A stretch of DNA of 64,000 nt from Haliotis rufescens. Lineage: Eukaryota. The translations under genes and the position numbers were made by a program. The stretch lies in contig NW_025964223.1 of assembly GCF_023055435.1 (NCBI RefSeq), positions 10,044,001 through 10,108,000 on the forward strand. Reading direction: 5' to 3'. Below are positions 50,501 to 62,500 of the stretch, in pieces (positions within the stretch are counted from its first letter, which is position 1; each line of letters begins with the position of its first letter). The notes below the pieces were generated by a model, which saw nothing but the letters and a program-made list of their open reading frames with translations, did not search any database and was not told the DNA's origin.

Positions 50501-53500
50501 GGAAATAAACGTAAAAGAAGGTCTGGTCTGCCCACCATGCAATTCCACAAGTATGTCATTTGCATACTGGTTTTTACATTAAATATACGAGACCGCGTCC
50601 GTGGTCTTGTGGTAGAGCGTCCGCCCGGAGAGCGGAAGGTCCAGGGTTCGATCCCGGGCCGCGTCATACAAAAAGACGTTAAAAGATTGTACTTGTTGTT
50701 ACCCTGTCTGGCGCTCGACATTAAGGGGCTAAAACAAGGACTGGTCGGCTCGGAGTCAGTATACTGTGTCTGAGTGGGGTATTCATGTTAAACTGCGGCA
50801 TGGTATCTCAGTTAGCTAGCACTATAAATCGGCATCAGTCCGGACTAGTACAAGCAGCCACACACACACATACACGTGCATGCACGTCGCTATATAAGTG
50901 CAATAATCTTGGACGCGACGTTAAACCCAATTTCACCTCACCTTTTAAATATACGAATTAACATATTGAAGTAAACTCTTACAAATATATATGTAGAAAT
51001 TATAACTGCACATACTGCTTATTTTGACATTTGCACAAATACACCGAAGACAATAACAAGAAACCGGGGACATGGTCAATCGCAATAAGGCAATAAAGAC
51101 TACATCCATTCTATCTTTATCAGGAAGCAGAAGTCCGTTGATGGACGAGGTCTAATTATTTTTCGGTGTATGGTATTATAAATGCCAAAACATTGCTTGG
51201 TTGGCCAATGAAATACCATAGCATTACTTGCAATTATGTATGAACACATTCATGTTGTAGGTAGGAACGATCTACTGGTCAAGATATGACGGCTAGTCAT
51301 GATTGGTTTGTGTAGTGGTTGAAACTAGACAGTGAAGAAAAAATAATAAAAATAGCGAATTGAGGTACAAAATGGGCCAGTAGGCCCGACTGCTTCTTGA
51401 AAATTTAGCTTTCCATCTTAATCACTGGAACGTCGAAAGATCGAAAGCACACCATCACTTTCGTATTTGAATTCTTGCAGATAACCTGGTTCATTACTTT
51501 GTTTAGGTGCAATGGATTATGTATGCACTGACTTCTTTCCAGATGGGTTTTGTCTGCGGGAAAAAGTCCTTCGTGAGTCATGCCAGAATGCTGGGTATGT
51601 TAGGGCATTTGGTTGGAGGCCTCATCAACGGACCACTGGCAGACATGTGAGTTCCTAGGATGGGGGGATCTTCGACGTTAGCGAGAGAGTGAATGTTGTT
51701 TGATACGATGGCTGCATTTTGACTGTTTTCGGAACATCCTGCTTTTCCGTTAGATAAAACGATGTAACCCCGTATTTTGCCTTTGTTATATCCCAAAATG
51801 CATGATTAAGAACTGAAAGAAAACTGTTTGGATTTTATACTGTAGATGTGCTAATTACATGATTGGGGTTACACGCGACTTTGAAAGGTAATAATTATTG
51901 TGTGCACGCTTTGTGTTTAATGGTACCCCTTGCTTGGACAATACTTAAACTATTTTAATACATTTAAGAGTAAATATAAGAATTATATCATTATGTAATA
52001 GATGACAATAAGAAAGCACATACTGGTGCTGTAAAATTAACCATTGAAGCAATGTTGTGTTGAATCATTTTCGACGTTTCTGTGCTTCTGGTAGGACACG
52101 ACATACATTATTGGCGAAAACCTGTTGTCATCTCTGATTTTCACTGACCCATTCCTATAAATTGTCACCTCTATTATGCTGTTTACACCAAATGGCATCT
52201 GTTTCATCGGATAATCGATGCTGGTTATTCTCTGGCGTTTTATATATGTAGAAACATTAGACTACCACACACGTCTGTAGGGTGGCACATGATCCTCAAA
52301 GAGAGTTGTTATGGCGACCACAGTCAAACTTCACTGTCGATACTTAGCAAGTGTTGAAATAAATTCAAAATACATTAAATGAAGTATTTATTAAATGGAA
52401 TAATAATTTGATTTCGCGCTAAGTTTTCCAGATGATTATCCCTACACACTCAAAATCAATAACTTCCTGTTGTCGCCAACTTTGTTGAGATGAAGCCGGC
52501 AATCAATGCAAATTGAAAAGTTAACATGAACTGACATGCTTATACAAAGAGGATCGTCAAAACCATCGTAATACCTTTTGACTGTTTACCTCTGTGTCAA
52601 AGACACAAGGGTTAATCCACAGTGATACTCGCTAATATATATCTGTTTGACTTTTTAACGCCGTATTCAGCAAGTCTGGACCTCACAAAACAGTGATTGA
52701 TATTGTCAGCAACGATTCGTGCCACCAGGGTAAGATGACAAGCACACAGCCGAGCCAAGCCTAAACCTAGTGCTCAGGGGTCACTGACTGCTATGTTTTG
52801 TTGAGGTATAGATGGCATGAACAAAGCCGTTAATACAAATATACCATTTTATGTGTCAGACCCTAAACCCGTGTGCCATACGTTGATTACTGACATATTT
52901 GTGACTGATGAAAGACAATGCAATAAAATGAAACATGATTGATGACTTGGTGCTTATATTAAATTTGTTTGCAACTGATGCTGACTACATGCTGAGTGGA
53001 AGCTATGCGGACACTAACTAGCTTGTCAACACCCGTCTCGGCAGAAACGCCCGACAGCGGTTACACTTCCTGAAGCGGTTGCCATGTGCTGTCAGGGTTA
53101 AACTCTTGATACCTGGCCCCCACTATGCGTAGTGTCCTCGTGGAATCACTTATCACTTTTGTACCTGTCACTTCTCTGTGTAAATAATCGCCAACAGCGG
53201 AAGGGATGATGTAAATCCGGCTGGGGTCCATGCAGGTAGCAAAAGTACTGTAAGTCCCCATGGACCCTAGAATGGTGATCTACCTTCAGCTGCTGGCGAT
53301 CTGTAGCCCTTTTTTATATTGTACTGTTTCCATTAGTGATATCTTTTTATGGTTGTATGCTAGTTTTACATATTAATCTGTGATTTTCTAGTAATTTTAC
53401 TGTCCATCGATGACAGGTTATATTTAGTTTAAATATATGTATTAGAAATGTATAATTTCTCGTCCTGATATGGCGGAAATATTGCCGATGTGACGTAAAG

Positions 53501-56500
53501 CATTAACTCACTCTCTGTGTAAACGTATATATAACCTGTTGTGATCTAAATGATTGTATCTATCATAACTCTTAGACATGACTGGGAAATAAATATATAA
53601 GAATCATTAATTCACTGACTGTACACGGTACTGTTCATGTGCCACTATTGTCCTCTGTTGATGTCTTGAAGTGTCTGAATCTCATGTAAAGCTAAGATAT
53701 GCCTGGTGGAAAAAAACACACTTTCATTTATTACTTCTGTGCGATATTATGGAGATTATCTTTAAGTTTTGTTTTCTGCAGGTTTGGAAGAAGGCCAGCT
53801 ATAATCTGCAACATGTTCTTCCTGGTGCTGCTCAGCATCTGTTTGGTGTGGTCCAACTCAGCCGCCATGGTCCTCTTCCTTGATTTCGCCATCCACATCT
53901 GTGCCATAGGCCAATATCTCGTGTGCTTCGTATTTGGTATGTCAATGAACACATTTCCTTATCCTCTATCAACATGTTTTTTGCGAATTCAAATCATAAA
54001 GTACATGTATCACAAACAATGAGAGGGGCATAAGTGTAGTGGTCTAATGGCGTCCTCACTGCCGGTGATGCTTTCCTTTCGTTCGGTTGATGCGGGGGCA
54101 CAGGAGGAGGTGTTGGCTTTGACACGGCTGTGGTACATACGTATTTGTGGACTTAACCAAACGGTCGTAGGACGTCGCCAGTTTTAAGTCACTTTCACAG
54201 CCTGAGTGTGTCATTGGGTTGCAAGGTTTCGCTTTACAAGACGCAAATATCTCATTAGGCAATGTCATGACACAGCCTCCCAACCCTGACCATGATTTGT
54301 TTTAGATTTTGCTCAACATTGAAAAGAAACAATAGGTATCAAATTGACACCTGCATCTATCACATGAAGACAACTGAAATCTGAAATATTTTAAACATGG
54401 TCCTAAGAATTAATCTTTGTTGAATTTGCTCGAAGAATAGGACGTATTTAATATTTGGCTTTAACCTTTTTCAAATACCAGAGAATCCTTGCATTGTAAA
54501 GTCGACCTGTTCCTCCGTATTGTGCAGTCATATCAACAACATCCTAAGTTGAACAGTGTTGAATGTTTTGTACACCCCGGAAAACATCTTTTAGCCAATT
54601 TCCTAGACTTGATGAGATTCGTACATTCAGTGAATTAGGACCATTGTCGTAAACTAAGAACGTCACTGTCTTGTAATAGAGATAAAGATTGATGATTTTA
54701 TCATGGCTTCAAACGGGAATCCCTGAATGTGCATATGCAAAAGACTACCTGTAAGTGAGTGAGTGCTCTTAGCAATATTCCAGCAATATCACGGCGTAAG
54801 ACACCAGAAATTGGCTTTACACATTGTATCCATCTTGGGAATGAAACCCGGACATGCTTCCCCTTTTCGCGAATACCGCTTGTCATCACTGATTTTTCAG
54901 TGATCCTTAAATATATGTTTCTCATTGGGCATAAAAGGCTTATTGTTCAAGGAGGAAACTGCAGGAAATGTTATGTTACAATTCTCTGTCAATTATAATC
55001 TACTGAGAGGCATTTAAAACGCACACCCATTATCATGCTAAAAGTCGGCGTTTTCTGTGTCTGTGTGTCTAACAAATGACATGAAATAAAGGGGTATACA
55101 GAACAATGTCGAACATCAAATGTTTGAGTTTGAATCCCAACTGCCATGAACGCAGTGGCTTGACGACTAAAACGCAACCATGAAGGTGAAATGTGGGAAA
55201 TCAGGAAGATCAGAAAAAAGTCATGATGCACGTGCAAAGCGGGACTTGGGCCCTATAAAAAAAACACAGTGCGGGCAGGGTACCATGCATATTCACGATG
55301 CCACGGTGAAGCAACGCACAGAGGAACTGAGCAATAGGGATGTTGGGAGCTGGTCAGACGGCGAGAGACGTTGTTGCGCACTTCAATGGCCATCGATCAA
55401 CTGTTGTCCGACTGCAGCATCGTCACAGGACAACTGGGAGTGTTGCCGACCGTCCTCGACAAGGAACGCTGCCTGTGACGTCACGGAGGCAGGACCATCT
55501 CATCATTGTGAGTCACCTTAGTGGTCGCTTCAGAACAGCACGACAGACTGCCATTGGAATGATGGGAACAAGGGGACGACCAATCAGTGATCGCACAGTC
55601 CGACGTCGCCTTGCTGCAGGAAACATACGGTGCAGTCGACCCTATCGTGGACAGATTTGGACTCACGCACACCGTCTTGCACGTCAACGTTGGGCAGCTG
55701 CAGGTGGTCATCTTCCTCCCAGGCAATGGAGAAATGTCATCTTTTCAGATGAATCACACTTCAACGTCAGTTTCCAAGATGGCCGCATACGTGTATACAG
55801 ACGGAACCATAAACGTTTTGCTTGAAACTGCGTTATTGAATATGATCGTTTTGGAGGTGGAGGTGTCATGGTGTGGGGTGCAATTAATGCCAACTTTCGC
55901 AACGCCCAGCGTTACATTGCCACAGTGTTGCAACCAGCGCTCTTATCGTTGCCAAGAGGATGTCGACGTGGCGTTAACCAACTGGTGTTCAAACATGATA
56001 ATGCCCGACCTCATACAGCTCGCGTGACCCGGAATCTCTTGCAACAAAACAATGTGCAGGTATGACATTGGCCCTCTCGATCGCCGGATTTGAATCCAAT
56101 TGAACATTTGTCGGACGAGCTTGGCCGTAGGGTTCGACGTCAGTTGCAACCACCACAGAATGTACCTGAGTTAACTCAAGCTCTGCAGGTGCAATGGAGG
56201 GCCATTCCATAGACATTAATAGAAGACTGTGCTTATCAATGCCTAACAGACTTACTATAATCTGCACCGGGTATTGGTTATGCCGTTGGAAAAGGTCTTT
56301 GCTATTCATGCCCAACGAATCTGGTTCGGTCATATGCTGCCTAGATTAATCACCAATAGCGTCAAATCCGTATAATATATTTGCGTACTTGTGTCCCAAC
56401 AAAATTGAAGAAACAGTTGATCACATTTCTGGAAACGTGGGTTGACGAGTTTACCATTGTTAATGAAGAATAACCATTCGGCAGAACCCGAAATAGAACG

Positions 56501-59500
56501 CGTAAAATCTTTGATTGGGATTGAAAGTCCATGAGAAAACACTCCTCCCTTCGTAAGGCAACAAAAACAATGTTCCGACATGACTGAAGTCCCAGTATAC
56601 TGACTTGTCACAACAACTTATCACACTTGATGACATTCATTTCAGAACACGCACAGCTGAGCAAATCACACACGAACCACTCACGGTTTCCGGGCCACAA
56701 CTGCCACATTACTGTGACACACTGACGACGAATTCTGTGAAATTTTGAAATTGACAGGTCAAATCCAATCCCTCCAAAATAGCCGTACGCCACGCAGTTC
56801 CATTTGTCAATCAGATGTGCTGTGCTTTTTCACGACTGTTTAGTGATATTTTTATGGTTGTATGATAGTTTTAAATATTAATCTGTGATATTCTGGTAAT
56901 TGTACTGTCAATCGATGACAGGTTTTTATTTAGTTTAGATATATGTATAAATAAGGTATTACTTCTCGTCACGATATGGCTGAAATATTGCCGATGTGAC
57001 GTAAAGCATAAACTCACTCACTCCATTTGTCAATGACGTTGCACCATCAGTCTCATTCCCAGTAAATCTACAGGTTAATGTTGAACCACATACTAGATCG
57101 GGGTTGTCATCTTAGCGCTTGCTTTGTGTAACTAGACAAAGTAACGGGTGTTGTAAACAAATCCATTGGCAGTAGCAGTGATGTAGGTCAAGTTTTGCCA
57201 CATCCCAGTTCCTTGAGTGAGTGAGTTGGGTTGAACGCCGTCTTTAACAGTATTCCAGTTATATCGCGGCGTGTCAGCTTAATGTTGGAGGAAAGCCCGA
57301 AGTGATGCAGGTCTCAGACGTTACCACTTTGGTGAAACCCACGAGCACGGGTATGGTGCTGACAATCCTAGAAACATAATCTGGGCGAACCGGGATTCGA
57401 ACCCACAATCATAGGTTTCTGGCGTGCACAAGGGACGCAACTCTGCTCAGCGAATCGAGGCGCCTTAGACAACTGTGCTACCCGTGCCCCCACTATTTTC
57501 TGGAACAACAGCTTCTCAGATCCACTAAATGCCACCTGTGTTTAGTCTGTTTCTGTTTTAACAATTCGTTAACATCTCAGTGGCTGTCAGCTGTATACGG
57601 CGTACTGGGAAAATCACGCATTACTTAAGATTTGACCCGTGAAGATTCCGGGGTAGAATAGGTCTTCAGCAACACATGCTTGCCGTAAAAGGCGACTATG
57701 CTTGTCGTAAAAGGCGACTAACGGGATCGGGTGGTCAGGCTCGCTGACTTGGTTGATGCATGTCATTGATCCCAATTGCGTGGATCGATGCTCATGATAC
57801 TAATCACTGGATTGTCTGGTCCAGACTCGATTATTTACAGACCGCCGTCATATAGCTGGAATATTGCTGAGTGCGGCGTTAAACAACAAACCAACCAACC
57901 AACCAACCAACTTAAGATTTACTGCCCTTCCCATGTTAAAGGTCATAGTCATCGGGATAACCTACAGACAGTACTATTGCAGACCATTCCCACAAAAATG
58001 GGCAACACTCTCTTCCTCCTGATACCTAACGGTGTGGTTAGTCGCCGTGTCATGAAGTGGCGATTGGTTTTATGATAGTTGTATCACACTGGGTACATCA
58101 CACTGGGTACATAATACACTACACAATCGAGGGTATGGGACATGTGTAACTAATAGCTGCGTATGTTACATTCTCCAAAGGTTAGTACATGAGTACTTAT
58201 ATATACAGATACTTGTCACAAAACTTTGAAGTCGGATGATATTATTCCAGAAGTCAGATGGTGTAACTATATTTGGCCTCCAATAACCCATGTTTGTCAC
58301 AATATGCGACTAAACGGATCGGGCTGATCAGTGCAGTGACTTAATGATTGCGTGTCATCGTGTCACGACTGTGTGGATCTTTGCAATAGTATTAACCACT
58401 AGATTGTCTGGTACAGATTCGATTATTTCAAGGCCGCTGTCATTTAGCTGGACCTTGTTGAGTTTGGCATTAAACAACAACGACTACAATGTGGTACTCT
58501 AAATGGGTATAATTGTAATCTACACAGTCCTGCGAGTGAAGTACTATATGTATGTTGGAACAGGCATGGAGATAGTCGGTCCCTCTAAGCGTATGTGGGC
58601 AGGGGTTGCCATGAACCTCTTCTGGAGTTTGGGGAACCTTGTGACAGCACTAACGGCCCATCTCTTCAGGGACTGGAAGACTCGACAGCTGATTGTCAGT
58701 ATCCCGACGGTTGTTTTTGCTTATGTATAGTAAGTATTGGACTCTGATGTACTTCATACGTATCACAAACATGAACATGTGCAAACTATGTATAGAAGGT
58801 TGCAGTGAAACATGTACAGTAGTATTGTTATTTTTAGTATCGCCTCATCGAAGTAATAATACGATGGAAAAAAGAGAATATTTATCTTTTGTAGTTAAAT
58901 TGTACATGACTTATATCGGAATAATAATAACTTGTCATGTTTAAAAAAACAGTGAAGGTTACTAAATTTTCGCATCTCAGTTGAAAGCGTCAGTGACTTA
59001 CCAACATATGATTGTTCAAGCAAAGAACCATTTCCAATACAGTATTCTTAAGTTACATTCATATTTTTTTATATCCAAAGAACAAGTAATTCCTGACATC
59101 ATGAACATGTGATATGGTCTATATTAACTTATTGATGTTTACAGGAAAGCTCTGTCCATTTAGTTATGATAACCGGGTTAATAATATTTGTTTTCATCAC
59201 AGTTTTATCCCAGAGTCTCCAAGATGGCTTCTGAAACATGGCAAAGGAGAAGAAGCTAAAAGAATAGTTGCAAATATTGCGAAGAAAAACAAAGTTCAAA
59301 TAGATCCACAAATACTTGGTGAGGTCGATATCGAAATGGAAGAGGTAAAACAAGAACCATTCTGGAATCTTTTGAAGTCTTCTGTGATGGTGCGTCGAAT
59401 GATCATCATCTGTTATAATTGGTACGAGTTTATTCCTAACATAATACATTCTCACCAAATTTAAAAACAATAGGAACAAACTAGTAATTCAGCCAGTAGA

Positions 59501-62500
59501 ATCTTATCAGAACTACTGTATATAATATGTTTCATGAAGGCTACCTGCTCTTAGTTTGGGAACATATTGTTAATAGTCGTAAAATCCTGACACAATTGTG
59601 TAGATCGAGGGTCATCACGATTATCTGGTCCAAACTCGATTATTTACAGACCGCCGTCATATAGCTTAAATATTGCTGATTGAGGCGTTAAACAGCAAAC
59701 AAGCAAACAAGAGGAAGAAATTCCTGCGGGGAAGTAAAGTTTACATTGGAGTCAACATAAACATAAAGTCAAAACAACTGTTTTATTCAGTTTGTACGAG
59801 TAAGTGAGATAGATTTGAAATATACTATACATTCCTTCCGTCGAAGGTCACGACAGAGAAAAAAGATATAACTGTCATTGTTTTTCCAGGTTTGCAGTAG
59901 GAATGAGTTTCTACGGCCTCAGCATGAACGTCACCAACCTCTCTGGTAACATCTACCTCAACTTTCTCTTGTTCGTCATCGCAGAGGCTGTTGCATACAT
60001 TTCTTGTTTTTTCCTAATGGATCGCATTGGCCGCAAGTTGCTGCTGTCTATGTCTCTGTTGGTAACAGGAGCAGCTTGCATTCTTCCTTTGGTTCCAGTA
60101 CTAGTTTCAGATACACGTAAGTATCTGTACAAAAATCACAAACATGTTAATTAGTGTATGTATAAATACTGGATCAACGATTAAGGTGTCATTTTTGTAA
60201 GACTTCACACATAAGCATGCACATTATATAATCATTTATACAAAATAAAAGAAGGAAACATATTCACTGCTCATGATGTTAAGATATTATGTACTTTGTA
60301 TCATGGGGTAGAGGCATATATATTAAAATAGACCCTTATGGCCACATACAGGACCAGGTTGATGCATATCATCGATCCCAATTGCGTGGATCGATGTTCA
60401 TGATGTAAATCTCTGGATTGTCTGGGTCAGACTCGATTATTTACAGACCGCCGTCATGTAGCTGGAATATTGCTGCTAAAACAATAAACCAAACCAAAAC
60501 CAGTATGTCAACTGGGTATGAACTCAAAGACACGGCTCAGAAATAGCAACATTTTGATTTGACACAAAAACCTGAAGACATATTCTGCTTTTGATGAGAC
60601 ATATATTGCAGAGCCAACTGGAATTTTCCAACATGGGTTATCAAAAGCACAAAGGATTTGCCTTTATGTTTGAAATATCAGAAAGGATCCAAGTTCTATC
60701 TGTCAAAAATGTTGTTTCCACTCTGGGTACCACTATCTTACACGAAGAACGTATTGAAAAAAATATTCATTGATCCTTGATCACCATATGTGTACAGGAA
60801 CATCTCTATTGTGAAGATTCGGGGGAGGGGGTGCGGTCGGGTTGTCTGGTGGTTAAAGCGTTTGCTTGTCACGCCGAAGACCCGAGTCCCGGGTTCGATC
60901 CCAACATGGGTACAATGTGTGAAGCTCATTTCTGGTGTCCCCCGCCATGATATTGCTTGAATATTTCTAAAAGCTGTGTAAAACCATACTCAGTCACTCA
61001 AGGTTTGGGAAAGCAAATGTTATCTGATGTTTACCATTAAAACAAATACTTGAAATGCTGAACGTGATCTGATATGTTTCAATATTGGTCATAAAGCTAA
61101 TACATCTCCATTGATTTACCCCACCAGCGGAGAAATGGGCCATTAACATCCTCGCCATTGTAGGGAACATGTGTGCCTCTGCTGCCATGTGTGCCGTCTT
61201 CACCTTCACAGCTGAACTCATGCCAACCACATCAAGAACATTTGGCATGGCATTAAGTTCCGTCTGTTGTAGAGTTGGAAGTCTACTTTCTCCCTACATT
61301 GTTGGCTTGGTAAGTTTTACCAAATCTTTGTGATTGCAGGTTTTATATGTTTAGTGTTAACTGAGAAAACTGGGAATCAACTTGGGGACCTGTTTAACTG
61401 TCAAATGAATTGCAGACGATTAACAATGTGATACTGGGGCATCGTTCTTAACTTTATGAATACCTTATGATTTCATACATGTCGGTCATCATTTGAAATA
61501 GAACACTCACAAATAACCCTAACATTTCAGACGATGTATATATCAGGACGTTTCGGACAGATTCTGCCCATGCTGGTATTCGGGGGTATCGCCATCTTGG
61601 CGGCCTTTCTGGCTCTGCTTCTCCCGGAAACGCTGAACAAGAAGCTACCGGAAACCATCAAAGAAGCTGAGATGCTCGGGACGTAAGTGCATGTAGTATT
61701 AATAACTATCACATCAGTCCCAGCATGAATTTATCCATGTGATTGGTTTACGCCCAGTAGCTGATTCAATTCAAGGTGTGGGAAGTCTATAGCTGTTTAA
61801 TTCCCGCCTATCCTCCATATCTGTCCCAAACGACTCACTCACATTTCCAGCCACTTTCAGTATCATGACTATGACTCATTTCGTTTTAAGCCTAATTTTA
61901 TTGCGTATTCAGTCCAATTACCGATCAGTTTCAGTCACGTTTCAGTACACTTCTCGAAAAAGTAGGGACCACAGTTAGTTCGATTTCAGTCCAACATTCG
62001 TCTTAGTCTCGTGTATGGTTTATTTCATTAAAAATACTTTTATCATTCATCCGGACAAATATTTTGAAACCTTGACTTTGGAGTCGATCCCTGCAAGCAA
62101 TCATATGTGCACCCCCCTCTATGCCACTGATATAAATTGCAAAACACAACACTACCTTATTACGTCCCATACATTCAGCTGCAAGGTGTCACTGGCACCT
62201 TTATATAGAAACATGCTTATCTTTGCATTTCAATGTGCAACCACGACGGTACTGTATATAACTATCACTTCAGTCTAAGTATAAGGTCACTAGTAGGCAC
62301 ATTCCCAGGTATGAGGCTCGAGTTTCATTTCAATATCAGTCCATTTCAGTTTCACTTCACTTTCAGCCCAGTTTGAGTTTAATTTCAATCAAATTCCGGT
62401 TTCAATCTCGTGAATGTTCTTTTTTTCTGGTAAATCTGTTATTCAACTGGATTGAATGAAATAGTGTAAAACCTCGAGGTTAAAGTCGAACCTAATCATA

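Noticed and set aside
50591-50665. tRNA gene
   Set aside because: The tRNA-like head continues into a SINE body and tail and is bounded by a 12-bp TSD; the S2 and S4 heads likewise run into SINE bodies and tails.
57634-57725. HDV-like or pistol ribozyme identity for the 5' motif
   Set aside because: Lacks the HDV P3/L3/P1.1 nest, and strand order differs from pistol (P2 5' strand would precede the pseudoknot 3' strand); kept as unassigned.
58727-58733. Apparent in-frame TAG TAA stop at the end of gene B exon 5 (and TAG in gene A at 7531-7533)
   Set aside because: The donor splits the codon (TA|gtaagt); the next exon supplies T to make TAT. Both paralogs share this phase-2 junction, so neither is a pseudogene on this basis.
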